DNA from: Candidatus Paceibacter sp.
GTDB taxonomy: Bacteria > Patescibacteriota > Minisyncoccia > UBA6257 > 02-FULL-45-10c
Assembly: GCA_020724845.1 (NCBI GenBank)
Contig: DYGE01000005.1
Coordinates: 6,116-70,115 of the forward strand
DNA length: 64,000 nucleotides
Direction of reading: 5' to 3'
Below, in pieces: positions 1-9,351 of the stretch. The position numbers and the translations under genes are program-made. Below the pieces are notes generated by a model. The model had not been told where the DNA came from. It did no database searches and worked only from the letters and a program-made list of their open reading frames with translations. Position 1 is the first letter of the stretch, and every line of letters starts with the position of its first letter.

Positions 1-2149
1 GTATCGCATCACCAATACGGATACCGACTGAACCAGTAGGAGGGCTGATGACAAATACCGTGCTTCCGTTATCTTTAATTGCAAAATTGCTAGTACCGGT
101 AAGAGAAGCAAAATCCCATTTTCTTCCGGTTGAGGTATCGGTCAAGCGCAAAAATTCACCTGAAGCCCCCTCAATATCCACCTTCGCATCAGGAGAATCA
201 GTTCCAATACCGACTCTGCCACTTGAACCAACAACGGCAAATTGAGAAGAGCCAATTGCAAGTCCTTGTCCATTCGCAATAGTGGAAGTTCCAGAAGTTC
301 CGGTAAGCGATAAGGTGCCAGTCGCGGTTATACCGGCTAAACTTAAGTCGCCGGAAAATAGACCGTTACCTTGAACGGAGAATAACTTGGATGGCGAAGT
401 GGTGCCGATGCCGACGTTGCCATCACCTTGGACTTCTAAATAACTAGCCGAGCCGCTCCTATCTTGGACTAGTAAAGAGGTATCCGCTGAAGTTCCGCCA
501 GCCTTTATCACTAGTCCAAAACTTGTGCCTGCGGCGGCGCTATTAGAAATATCAGCAACATAATTACCAGCGCTGCTCGGATTTACCACCAACCCCGCAG
601 TGCCATTCGCAACTAACCCCGAGGCGGTTAAAGATCCGGTCGCGGTCAAATTAGCCAAGTTTAGATTTCCGGAAAACAACCCATCGCCGTGAACGGAAAA
701 AAGAGATGACGGAGAAGTGGTAGCAATGCCCACATTGCCTGTATTAGTAATAATCGCCCGATTGTTGCCCCTAGTGGCAAAATAGATATTACCCGAACCG
801 TTCAAGTCAGCGTCCGCCGCCACATTTACATCGCCGTCGTTGGAGACTCCGGTAGAAGTCGCCGAAGCAGTGCTTAAAATTGTCCCATCGGCAAATACGA
901 GCCCGTTCCCCACTCCGGAGATTTTAATGTTTCCTTCCACATCCAATTTTTGCGAAGGCGAAGTTGTGCCTATTCCAACATTGCCGTCAACAAAAAGCGT
1001 ACTGTAAAGCCGAGCCGCGCCGGTAACCTGCAGGGTAGAAGACGCTTGTAAGGCGCCGGCATTGCTTTGGGTTCCGTCGATTGTCACGCCGCCGTAAAAT
1101 CTCGCATCGCCAGTTGTTTGTAAAGTTGAGGAAGCGTAAATCGCTGCCGAAGAATTAGCCAGGAGGTTGCCTGACAAAGTCCCTCCGGAAAGCGGAAGAT
1201 AGTTGGAAGCGGTAATATTGTCCGGCACATCGGCATCGGTAATTGACCCGGATTCAAAAGTAGGGTTCACGATAGTAACGTTGGAAATCTGGTCAATCCT
1301 GCTATTTAAGCTCATAGCACTGAACAGGCTTTCAATATCCGCCTGCTGTTTCTGCTGAAGCTGGGTAATTAAGTTTTGTAATTCCAAAAGCCTTGTCTCA
1401 TCAAGCACTACCTGGGTCTCAACGGTCTCGACTTCTCTGACAGTCTGGGTTTCCCGAATAACTTGCTGCAGCTCCGGAAGGCGGGCAGAAATAATTTCCA
1501 CCAGGCGGTTGATAGTTTCATCGCTCAATTCCCGCGGGGCAGAAAGGCCGGCATCGCTGATCTGGCTGATTTCTTCCGGAGTAAAAATTTCCGGCAGATT
1601 GAATTCTCTAACTTTCTGGAGCAGTTCTATCGCCAACTCCTTTTGTTCAGGAGTGAGAAGCGGAGGAGAAGGCTGGGGGGCAAACAATTGCCTTGCCCTT
1701 GGCGCAATGTATTCCGGAGCAAGCTGTACGGACTGGATAATACCTTCTCCGGTCTCCCGGATAAGCCGGGTAGTTTCCAGCACTCCTTGCCCGAAAATCT
1801 GCCCGGATAGCTGGGCTAAAGCAGACACGGATTTGTAAACCCGGAAATCAGAATCGCCCGCGTTCAAATTGGGCGAAAAAGATGTCAAGAAATCAGCCAA
1901 AAATTGTTTATTTTGCCGATGAATCCCTGCGTACTTTAACAAAGAAGCTTTAGCGTTAAAGACAGCCGCGTCAAGATATTTATCCAATGAATTACGTAAA
2001 TCAAATTCCGATTCACTCTCTTTGGCGTAAACAAGCCGCAAACCGAAAGCATTTTCCTTCGCGTAAGAAACAAAAACTAGCCCAAAAGCTAGGAAAAATA
2101 GCAACAAAATTAACTTAATTTTCCTTCCGATTACGGGATTTCCAGTCAC
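1..2149 (-). CDS. Partial giant secreted repeat protein, tail-fiber-like. N-terminal signal peptide and coiled-coil region, then repeats with the motif GNVGIGTTSPSxKLxVxG. The C-terminus lies beyond the window start.
   Basis: Manual minus-strand translation runs from GTG at 2147-2149 to position 1 without stops; the track missed it because there is no in-window stop. The N-terminus VTGNPVIGRKIKLILLLFFLAFGLVFVSYA|KE is a classic signal peptide. A QLQQKQQ coiled-coil segment follows. At least four tandem copies occur of G(N/R)VGIGTTSPSxKL(D/F)V(E/Q)G...GLxFxDGT, a pattern I associate with phage tail-fiber and beta-helical surface proteins. Confidence 0.6.
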   Translation of the reverse strand, partial: MTGNPVIGRKIKLILLLFFLAFGLVFVSYAKENAFGLRLVYAKESESEFDLRNSLDKYLDAAVFNAKASLLKYAGIHRQNKQFLADFLTSFSPNLNAGDSDFRVYKSVSALAQLSGQIFGQGVLETTRLIRETGEGIIQSVQLAPEYIAPRARQLFAPQPSPPLLTPEQKELAIELLQKVREFNLPEIFTPEEISQISDAGLSAPRELSDETINRLVEIISARLPELQQVIRETQTVREVETVETQVVLDETRLLELQNLITQLQQKQQADIESLFSAMSLNSRIDQISNVTIVNPTFESGSITDADVPDNITASNYLPLSGGTLSGNLLANSSAAIYASSTLQTTGDARFYGGVTIDGTQSNAGALQASSTLQVTGAARLYSTLFVDGNVGIGTTSPSQKLDVEGNIKISGVGNGLVFADGTILSTASATSTGVSNDGDVNVAADADLNGSGNIYFATRGNNRAIITNTGNVGIATTSPSSLFSVHGDGLFSGNLNLANLTATGSLTASGLVANGTAGLVVNPSSAGNYVADISNSAAAGTSFGLVIKAGGTSADTSLLVQDRSGSASYLEVQGDGNVGIGTTSPSKLFSVQGNGLFSGDLSLAGITATGTLSLTGTSGTSTIANGQGLAIGSSQFAVVGSSGRVGIGTDSPDAKVDIEGASGEFLRLTDTSTGRKWDFASLTGTSNFAIKDNGSTVFVISPPTGSVGIRIGDAI

Positions 2150-2213
2150 TATATAATTTTATCAAATGGCCACTATATTATATATGCCAAGATGTGAATA
2201 ACTTTCCTTACGG

Positions 2214-4394
2214 CTAATCGAGTTTTAAACTTAAAACTTTCGATACGCCGTCTTCCTCCATGGTGACGCCGTAGAGAACGTCGGCGGCTTCCATAGTGGC
2301 GCGGTTATGGGTAACAATGATAAATTGGGTCTTTTTTGAAAAATTACGCACAATATCGGCAAATCTTTTAGTGTTTTTCTCGTCCAAGGCGGCGTCCACC
2401 TCGTCCAGAACTAAAAATGGCGGCGGGCTTACCGAAATCAAAGCAAAAAGAGCGGCAATGGAAACTAAGCTCTTCTCTCCCCCGGAGAGCATGTCCAAGC
2501 CGTGAATCCTTTTCCTCGGCAAACTTAAATCAATCTCAATGCCCAATTGTTTGGAAAGCTCGTCTTCTTCCATTTCTTTTTGGTGTTCTTTAATCTCCGC
2601 TTCCATCTCTTCCGAAGGCGCCTCTTTGACAACCGGCTTTTCCAAAAACATTTTTGCTTTTCCCCCGCCGAACATCAGGTTGAAGAATTTATCAAATTCA
2701 TCGTTGATCTTCTTCAGAGAATCAGTAAAGCCGGTGTGGATTTTATCCTCCAGCTCTTTAATCAGCTGTTCCAAATCCTGAAAAGCTTTTTCCAAATCCT
2801 CCAGCTGGCCGGCTAGGAAATTATGGCGCTCTTCGGTGTCTTTGGCTTCTTGAAGAAGCGCTTGGTCAATATCGCCAATGCCGGCAACTTCCGATCGCAG
2901 TTTTAAGATTCTCCGCTCCAGCGCCGGAAGATCCTCCACCGGAGGCGGTCCGCCAACCGGCGGATTCGCCAATTCTTCAAATTCCTGGATATTTCTCCCT
3001 ACTTGAGAAAGCTGCATCTCCAAATCCTGCCGGCGCAGATTAAATCTTTCAACCTCAAATAAAACTCTGTTTTTTTCGCTGTCCAGTTTGGAAATTTCAT
3101 CTTTCTTTTTTTCCACTTTATCAAAAGCCTCCCTGAATTCCTTATTGAATTGCTCCAGTTCATCAGCCGATGACTCTTCAACTTTCGCTAATCTTTCCAA
3201 CTCCTCCCGAATCGGTTGAAGTTTTTGCATCAAAGCGTCTTTAGCATTTTTTAAATCAGAAATTTCTTCCTTCTTTTTGGAAGAAGCGTCTGTCATCCCC
3301 GCAATTTTAGAAAGCAAAACCCGCAGTTCCTCATGCACCTTTCCTAAATCTTGTTCCTGCAATAATCCGGAAACTGCTTCTTTTACCTCCCCAAGGAGGG
3401 CCAGCAGCTCCCCGGAACGTAGATCCAGATTTTCGCTGGCGGCCACCGAGTGCAAAAACTCTATTTTGGCGTCCAGCTTTCCGACTTCCAGTTCTATTCT
3501 GGATCTTTCTTGAAGAAGCGCGTCCCTCTTTTTCCTGGCCTCGCTCATCTGATTTTTCTGCTTCGGCTGGCCGGATTCCACTTTATCAAGCGCGGACCTC
3601 AAATCATTCAACTCCTTTTGTTTTCCGGAAATTTCCGAATCAATCCGTTTTATTTCCGGGTCAAACTTCCGCAGGCCGTCCTGAATTTCTTTCAGTTTAT
3701 TCGCAAAGAAGATGTCTTCGCATTCCCGCAATTCTTTTTCTATATCGGAGAGCTTCTCCCATTTGGAAGTCTGGCGCTTTAAAAATCTAAGATGCGGGGC
3801 GATTTCCTCAATCATGGCCCGCACTTTTTCAATATTTATATTGGTATTTTTCAGCTTACGCTCCGCCTCGTGTTTCTTCAGCTGATATTGGCGCAAGCCC
3901 AGAATTTCTTCAATCATCGCCCGACGCTCCTGCGGCGTGGCGCGAACAAATAAATCGCTGGAACCCTGATTGATGATGGAAAGCCCGCGAGTTCCCAAGC
4001 GGACTTTCGCAAAAAAATCTATGATGTCTTTCAAGCGAACTTCCGCTTTGTTCATAAAGTATTTGGAGGTGCCGTCACGATCTATTCTTCTAATAATAGT
4101 CACCTCGTTAAAATCCACCGGAAAAAATCCGGAGCTGTTGTCAAAAGTAATAGCTACTTGGGCCATTCCCATTCTCGGACGTTTCGGGGTGCCGGCAAAA
4201 ATTAAATCCCCGGCCTTGCCGCCGCGCAAGTGCTTCGCTTCCCGCTCGCCCAAAATCCAGCGGATAGCGTCAATAACATTGCTTTTACCGCTGCCGTTCG
4301 GGCCGACAATCCCGGCGATACCGCCGGGAAAATCCAAAGTTGTTTTAGGAGCGAAAGATTTAAAACCCAATAATTCTAAACGCTTTAGATACAT
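2214..4394 (-). CDS. smc: SMC-family chromosome segregation ATPase, unusually short at 726 aa
   Basis: N-terminal Walker A GPNGSGKSNVIDAIRWILGE, central coiled-coil-rich region, C-terminal ABC signature LSGGEKSLVSIAALFA and Walker B LVLDEVDAALD. Confidence 0.75.
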   Translation of the reverse strand: MYLKRLELLGFKSFAPKTTLDFPGGIAGIVGPNGSGKSNVIDAIRWILGEREAKHLRGGKAGDLIFAGTPKRPRMGMAQVAITFDNSSGFFPVDFNEVTIIRRIDRDGTSKYFMNKAEVRLKDIIDFFAKVRLGTRGLSIINQGSSDLFVRATPQERRAMIEEILGLRQYQLKKHEAERKLKNTNINIEKVRAMIEEIAPHLRFLKRQTSKWEKLSDIEKELRECEDIFFANKLKEIQDGLRKFDPEIKRIDSEISGKQKELNDLRSALDKVESGQPKQKNQMSEARKKRDALLQERSRIELEVGKLDAKIEFLHSVAASENLDLRSGELLALLGEVKEAVSGLLQEQDLGKVHEELRVLLSKIAGMTDASSKKKEEISDLKNAKDALMQKLQPIREELERLAKVEESSADELEQFNKEFREAFDKVEKKKDEISKLDSEKNRVLFEVERFNLRRQDLEMQLSQVGRNIQEFEELANPPVGGPPPVEDLPALERRILKLRSEVAGIGDIDQALLQEAKDTEERHNFLAGQLEDLEKAFQDLEQLIKELEDKIHTGFTDSLKKINDEFDKFFNLMFGGGKAKMFLEKPVVKEAPSEEMEAEIKEHQKEMEEDELSKQLGIEIDLSLPRKRIHGLDMLSGGEKSLVSIAALFALISVSPPPFLVLDEVDAALDEKNTKRFADIVRNFSKKTQFIIVTHNRATMEAADVLYGVTMEEDGVSKVLSLKLD

Positions 4395-4440
4395 AACTAA
4401 TATAAATTATATAATTAATATAAACATTATATCCCAGCCG

Positions 4441-4469
4441 AGGAAAAAGAAAAATCCGCCCTTAGGCGG
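4441..4469 (-). terminator. Intrinsic terminator overlapping the ftsH stop codon
   Basis: Hairpin ccgcc-taa-gggcgg followed by a T-run on the minus strand. Confidence 0.55.
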
Positions 4470-6300
4470 ATCCGTTACAGATTAGATCAATCTCTTCGGA
4501 GTTAAGTTCTCCCTTTTCAAAAAGCGCCTCTGCCAACTTCTCAAGAGTTCGCTTATGCTCTTTGAGCAACGTCAGAACCTCGCTTCTGGCCTTGCTGATT
4601 ATATCCCCAACTTCGGCATTAACGTCATCCAGCATCTTTGAAGAGGGGTTGGAGGAAGCGTTCTCGTACATCATCTGGTTTCTCAATCCTTGATTTTCCG
4701 GGACAACTATCAAGTTCTTGCCCATCCCCCACTTAGCAACCATATGCCAGGCAAGCTGACTCGCTTTCCGCAAGTCGTCCGATGCCCCGTTAGTTACCTT
4801 ATTATCGTCTCCGCTAAAGAACAGCAGCTCACCGGTCCGTCCGCCCAGCAATATCTTAATGCGATTCAGGGCCGCCTCTTTGGAAGTCAGCTTTTTATCG
4901 TCATCCGGAAGCTGAAGGGTATACCCAAGGGCCTCGCCATGCGACAGCAAAGTAACCTTGTGCACCGGATCAGAGCTAAGCAGTTTTGCCACCAAGGTAT
5001 GCCCGCTCTCGTGATAAGCGACGATCTTCTTTTCCTCGCCGACAAGGATAGGCCTTTTCCGCTTCGGTCCGGCTATCACCCGCTCAATCGCCTCTTCCAA
5101 TTCCGATTGCTGAACGGTTTCTTTGTCATGCCTGGCCGCGAGCAAAGCGGCCTCATTAATCACATTCGCCAGATCGGCGCCGGTGAAGGTCGGAGTTCTT
5201 TGCGCGATAACTTTCAGATTCGCGCCAGGGTCCAACTTAACATTCGCGGCGTGAACCTGAAGAATTTCCTCTCTGTCTTTAAGAGTCGGAAGCGGAATCG
5301 GAACCTTTCGATCAAACCGCCCGGGTCGAGTCAAGGCCGGATCCAGAACTTCAGGCATGTTAGTCGCGCCAATGAGAATTATCTCGTCGCTGGCATCAAA
5401 ACCGTCCAATTCCACCAGGAGCTGGTTAAGGGTTTGTTCCCGCTCGTCATGTCCGCTGCCAATTCCGGAAAATCTTTTCCGGCCGACTGAATCCAGCTCA
5501 TCAATAAAGATGACTGCTCGGCCGGCCTGTCTGGCCTGATTGAACAAGTCTCTGACTCTGGAAGCGCCGACGCCGACAAACATCTCCACGAATTCCGAGC
5601 CGGAACCCTTGAAAAAAGCGACATTGGCTTCTCCGGCCACCGCTTTGGCAAGCAAAGTTTTACCGTTGCCGGGCGGACCAACCAGAAGGACTCCCTTTGG
5701 AACTTTTCCGCCCAGTTTTCGAAACTTCGCGGGATTTTTCAGAAACTCAACGACTTCCTGCAATTCTTCTTTGGCTTCCTCGCAACCAGCAACGTCTTTG
5801 AATGTCACGTCGCCGGCTTTTTTCTGGTGCCGCTTGGCTTTGGACTGGCCGAAAGAGAACGCGGCCTTGCCGCCTTTAGCCATCGGCCTAATCACTATAA
5901 ACCACCAAGCGCCAAAGAAAAGTGCCAGCCAAAAGAGGTTCCCGATTATTGAAGCTATCCAGCTTCTATCGGGCATTCTCTTATAAGTAACCTTGCTTTT
6001 TTCCGCCAATTTCCTAATCTCCTCAGCCTCTTCCAAAGTCGCCGGCAAAGTATAAACTTTCCGCGACCTAGCCGACGACTGATTGCCGGACTTGGCTTGC
6101 GGATCGCGCAATTCGCCGGTGATTTTCTCTCCAGAATATTCTAAATTATCAACTTTCTTCGCCGAAATATATTCTTTAAATTGCGTAGGACTAATCTCCG
6201 CCGGGGCAGTCAACCCTTTAAAAAGACTGAGAAGGAAGATAAACGCGCCAATCAAGATAAGCATCTTCCAGGGACTGCCTTGCGAAACTCGACCGCTCAT
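4462..6300 (-). CDS. ftsH: ATP-dependent zinc metalloprotease FtsH
   Basis: N-terminal TM segments, AAA Walker [22 protein letters not shown], zinc motif HESGH, length 612 aa. Confidence 0.9.
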   Translation of the reverse strand: MSGRVSQGSPWKMLILIGAFIFLLSLFKGLTAPAEISPTQFKEYISAKKVDNLEYSGEKITGELRDPQAKSGNQSSARSRKVYTLPATLEEAEEIRKLAEKSKVTYKRMPDRSWIASIIGNLFWLALFFGAWWFIVIRPMAKGGKAAFSFGQSKAKRHQKKAGDVTFKDVAGCEEAKEELQEVVEFLKNPAKFRKLGGKVPKGVLLVGPPGNGKTLLAKAVAGEANVAFFKGSGSEFVEMFVGVGASRVRDLFNQARQAGRAVIFIDELDSVGRKRFSGIGSGHDEREQTLNQLLVELDGFDASDEIILIGATNMPEVLDPALTRPGRFDRKVPIPLPTLKDREEILQVHAANVKLDPGANLKVIAQRTPTFTGADLANVINEAALLAARHDKETVQQSELEEAIERVIAGPKRKRPILVGEEKKIVAYHESGHTLVAKLLSSDPVHKVTLLSHGEALGYTLQLPDDDKKLTSKEAALNRIKILLGGRTGELLFFSGDDNKVTNGASDDLRKASQLAWHMVAKWGMGKNLIVVPENQGLRNQMMYENASSNPSSKMLDDVNAEVGDIISKARSEVLTLLKEHKRTLEKLAEALFEKGELNSEEIDLICNGSA

Positions 6301-6346
6301 CCGGATCTCCTATTCTTTTTATATCAATGCTGTATAAATAAAAACA

Positions 6347-6376
6347 TAAAAACGGCCGCGCCGCAAGCCGTTTTTA
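6347..6376 (-). terminator. Intrinsic terminator downstream of rnc (palindromic, could act bidirectionally)
   Basis: aaaaACGGCcgcgccgcaaGCCGTttttt. Confidence 0.5.
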
Positions 6377-6395
6377 ATCCGAAGCAATTTTTAAA

Positions 6396-7079
6396 TTATC
6401 CGATTTTCTCCAGAGCCAACCTGGCCGCTTCTATTTCAGCGTCTTGCTTAGACAGGCCCTTGCCTCGGGCTATTTCTTTGTCGTTGATAAACACTCCTAC
6501 CGTGAAAACTTTTTTATGATCCGGACCGCTGTCGCCAATCAGCTTATAAGCCGGAGTTTCCTTAAACTTTGCTTGCGATTCTTCCTGCAATAAACTCTTC
6601 GGATCTTTATATAGGCCCTTACTAATAACTTCTCCGATTTCCGGAAGAACAACTGCATCAACAAAATTTTGCGCCGCCGCGTATCCCCCATCCAGATAGA
6701 TCGCCCCGATTAAGGCCTCCATAGCATTGGCGAGGATAACTTCCCTGGCGCGCCCGACGTCCTTGGCCTCTCCCCTGGACATTAGAAGAAAATTTTCCAG
6801 CTTAATTTTGCGGGATAGCTTAGCCAGCATCTGATAATTGACCAGAGCGGCCCGGAAAGTAGTCAATTTGCCCTCCTGCTCTTCCGGGAATTTTTCAAAT
6901 AAGGCTTCAGTGGAAGCCAGTTCCAAAACGGCATCGCCGAGGAATTCCAATCGCTCGTTGTGAGGCAATCCCCACTTCGGATTCTCGTTTAAATAAGACC
7001 TGTGCGTCAGGGCTTCCCTTAGCAGATCTTTGTTTTTAAATTCGTAAGAGATCAGTTTCTCTAATTTTTCTGTATTCAA
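6396..7079 (-). CDS. rnc: Ribonuclease III
   Basis: RNase III signature ERLEFLGDAVLEL, C-terminal dsRBD, 227 aa. Confidence 0.9.
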   Translation of the reverse strand: MNTEKLEKLISYEFKNKDLLREALTHRSYLNENPKWGLPHNERLEFLGDAVLELASTEALFEKFPEEQEGKLTTFRAALVNYQMLAKLSRKIKLENFLLMSRGEAKDVGRAREVILANAMEALIGAIYLDGGYAAAQNFVDAVVLPEIGEVISKGLYKDPKSLLQEESQAKFKETPAYKLIGDSGPDHKKVFTVGVFINDKEIARGKGLSKQDAEIEAARLALEKIG

Positions 7080-7087
7080 ATTATTTT

Positions 7088-7168
7088 ACGAACGTACGAA
7101 AATGTACGAAAGTACGAAAGTTTTGCTATTTTTTCGTAATTTCGTATGTCTTCGTAACTTCGTACGGA
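7088..7168. repeat. Hairpin-array element A: TACGAA x4, loop, TTCGTA x4 (imperfect ~34-bp stem), filling the nusB-rnc intercistronic gap
   Basis: TACGAA at 7088, 7096, 7106, 7114; TTCGTA at 7134, 7142, 7152, 7160. Spacers are 2-4-2 nt on both arms, giving a palindromic arrangement. Confidence 0.8.
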
Positions 7169-7669
7169 TTACTTATTTTCCTCTTTCTCTTCTTGGCTGC
7201 CTGCCCGGTCAGAGGACGGGTCTTTTGGTTTGGGTTTATCATCTTTGCCCGGTTCGCCGATTTCTCTGTAAACAGTCCCTAAAACTCCGTTGATGAATTT
7301 GCCAGAATTCGGGCCGCCATAGTTTTTGGCAATTTCAATCGCCTCATTAATAGCCACCTTCGGCGGGACTTCTTCACGGTCGGCAAACAATAATTCATAA
7401 AGCCCGATTCTTAAGGCATTCCTGTCAACCGGAGCAATCTGCTCCAATGGCCAGTCGGGAGCGGCTTTAGTAATAATATCATCTATCTCTTTTTTATGCT
7501 CAATGACACCCTTCGCTAATTTCCAAGCAAATTCCGGCTCATCAATGCCGGGACCGAATTCCTGAAGATTCCTCTCCAAAATGCCGGTAAAATCGGCTTT
7601 TTGCTTATAAAAATCCCACTCGTAAAGAGATTGAAGAACTATTGATCTGCAAAGTTGTCGAGTTGCCAT
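7169..7669 (-). CDS. nusB: Transcription antitermination factor NusB
   Basis: NusB-like helical protein (LQSLYEWDF ... [13 protein letters not shown] ... [14 protein letters not shown]) with an acidic/basic C-terminal tail. Confidence 0.8.
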   Translation of the reverse strand: MATRQLCRSIVLQSLYEWDFYKQKADFTGILERNLQEFGPGIDEPEFAWKLAKGVIEHKKEIDDIITKAAPDWPLEQIAPVDRNALRIGLYELLFADREEVPPKVAINEAIEIAKNYGGPNSGKFINGVLGTVYREIGEPGKDDKPKPKDPSSDRAGSQEEKEENK

Positions 7670-7670
7670 A

Positions 7671-7770
7671 TACGAAATCTAATTACGAAAGTACGAAACG
7701 GTACGAATGTACGAAATTCTTTTGACTACCCCTTTCGTACTTTAGTATATTTTCGTAATTTCGTAAGCTG
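7671..7770. repeat. Hairpin-array element B: TACGAA x5, loop, TTCGTA x3, filling the rpmF-nusB gap
   Basis: TACGAA at 7671, 7684, 7692, 7702, 7710; TTCGTA at 7734, 7752, 7760. Confidence 0.75.
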
Positions 7771-7772
7771 AT

Positions 7773-7925
7773 TTATTTCTGTTTGCAATTTGAACAAATC
7801 TTATGAGCAAGTTTCGGGGCCTGGCAATTCTGGCAAACCGCCAGCTGGACTTTTTTCAAAGCCAAATGAGATCGGCGGCGGCCAACCTTTGATCTTGTAT
7901 GATGTTTTACTGGCACTCCTCCCAT
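7773..7925 (-). CDS. rpmF: 50S ribosomal protein L32 (50 aa, below the ORF-track cutoff)
   Basis: Manual translation gives MGGVPVKHHTRSKVGRRRSHLALKKVQLAVCQNCQAPKLAHKICSNCKQK. This has the bL32 N-terminal basic motif and a CxxC...CxxC zinc ribbon. Confidence 0.85.
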   Translation of the reverse strand: MGGVPVKHHTRSKVGRRRSHLALKKVQLAVCQNCQAPKLAHKICSNCKQK

Positions 7926-8010
7926 AGTTAAAATTATACCTTAATTAAGATAAAGTTATACTCTTTCCCGCCGAATGTCAACAGATCACAGGGCACTATC
8001 TCTGAATATA

Positions 8011-8256
8011 AGGAAAACCATGCTATTTCCGGACATTCGGGCTGCGCAGTGGGGACAAAGTGTCATAACCAGAAAGTATCCTCCTACCGGCACCAGCGTA
8101 GTTCCGCTCCCGCGGCGGAACTCGCTTACAACTCCCAGCCGGAGTCGCCCATAGGCGACACCAAGCTCCGGCTGGTCCGTTAGTTGCCGCACAGAGGATA
8201 CTTTCTGGTTATGTTTATCAGGTGGAGGCGTTGTCCGGAAATAGCATGGTTTTCCT
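8011..8256. ncRNA. 246-bp structured element with nested perfect inverted repeats (25-bp outer stem, 20-bp inner stem, branched GC-rich apex). Candidate ncRNA or palindromic DNA element.
   Basis: 8011-8035 is the exact reverse complement of 8232-8256. 8064-8083 is the exact reverse complement of 8194-8213. The inner region has three further perfect hairpins (gttccgc/gcggaac, cagccggag/ctccggctg, tcgcc/ggcga). The ORF 7986..8192 inside it is probably spurious. Confidence 0.4.
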
Positions 8257-8351
8257 AAAAATCTGAAAGTTATTTCCTGCTATACGCGGATTGTACTCCC
8301 CGGATGACCTATGCTATCCTAACCCCATAGTTCTTCGACACAGGGAAAGCA

Positions 8352-9242
8352 GTGAATCCCAAAAGAGAAAAATATTTTATCTTGTCCTTATTTGTCTTGG
8401 CCGGGTCATTTTTCATAATGAATTTGCTGTTCTCCTTAGCCGGGCCCGAATTTTTTAAGGCAATAGGAGTACGAGTATACAGAAAGATGGAAAAGCGGGA
8501 AAGCCAAATCGTCAAAAACGTTCCGGGATTGAAATTCCCGCATAAAGCATATTCTAGCAATGACGGCGATCCAAGTCCGGAAGAAATCTACGAAAAAGCC
8601 GGTTATGTAACCAAGATCGAAGTTTGGCAAGACACGATCCTTCCGGGGATAAAATCTTTCGCCGGATCGGGATCGAGGTCAGTGATCAATTGCAAAACTT
8701 ATGACAAGTGCGTACTCACCGCCTGGCATGTAGTGGACCGCTCCACCTCTACTAATCTTTACTTGGCACGCTTTAAGGATGGGTCACCACCCGAAATCAT
8801 GGAGTTAGTCGGTTGGTCAGAAAAGTATGATTTCGCAGTCCTGAGATTCAGTAACGCGAAGTCAACACCAACAGCGAAGACCGCTGCCGTCATCGGGAAA
8901 TCCTCAGAACTGAAGCCCGGCTCAAAAATCATGGCCATCGGATCCAATATCTTTGGCGATTATTGGTTCAGCGTAGTTGGAAACCTATATAAAGAAGCCG
9001 GCGCCCCCAAGCCAAACTTAAAACTTCAACTTCAAGCGCATGGATTACCGAATGAAAAGGTCTTGATTTTCTCTACGCCGCTTTTCGCCGGCTTCTCCGG
9101 CGGCCCGCTGCTTAACGCAAAAGGAGAGCTGATAGGAATCAGCTCCGCCGTAATTATCATAGACGGGATTCCGACTTATCTAGGGATGCCAATTGACGAA
9201 ATTATGGAAGAGATGGAAGACATGCTTAAACCTGAAAAATAA
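8352..9242 (+). CDS. Secreted trypsin-like (S1 family) serine protease
   Basis: N-terminal TM/signal, His motif LTAWHVVD, Ser motif GFSGGPL (GDSGGP-like). Confidence 0.7.
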   Translation: MNPKREKYFILSLFVLAGSFFIMNLLFSLAGPEFFKAIGVRVYRKMEKRESQIVKNVPGLKFPHKAYSSNDGDPSPEEIYEKAGYVTKIEVWQDTILPGIKSFAGSGSRSVINCKTYDKCVLTAWHVVDRSTSTNLYLARFKDGSPPEIMELVGWSEKYDFAVLRFSNAKSTPTAKTAAVIGKSSELKPGSKIMAIGSNIFGDYWFSVVGNLYKEAGAPKPNLKLQLQAHGLPNEKVLIFSTPLFAGFSGGPLLNAKGELIGISSAVIIIDGIPTYLGMPIDEIMEEMEDMLKPEK

Positions 9243-9253
9243 TCAGATAACCA

Positions 9254-9282
9254 AACCGCCAAGCGCAACTAGGCGGTTTTTT
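9254..9282 (+). terminator. Intrinsic terminator
   Basis: aaaCCGCCaagcgcaactaGGCGGtttttt. Confidence 0.6.
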
Positions 9283-9351
9283 ATTTGAAAATACCATCTT
9301 ATCCCCAGAAATTATTGCAACCTCGGAACTCAAAAGATAAAATTACTACAT

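Noticed and set aside
1463-1838. Plus-strand ORFs 1463..1810 and 1509..1838, and 48..245
   Set aside because: They are antisense to the long minus-strand repeat protein. Their sequence is low complexity, with no motifs.
7088-7770. CRISPR array interpretation of the TACGAA arrays
   Set aside because: The repeat unit is 6 nt with 2-4 nt spacers, and it forms one palindromic hairpin. That does not fit a CRISPR.
7986-8192. 68-aa minus-strand ORF
   Set aside because: It lies entirely within the nested perfect inverted-repeat element, so it is far more likely a structural RNA or DNA element than coding.
8011-8256. Identification of the structured element as RNase P RNA, SRP RNA or tmRNA
   Set aside because: The conserved P4/CR motifs, the GGAA-tetraloop domain IV motif, and the tag ORF with CCA end were not found. 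Only 6S-like architecture remains as a loose possibility.
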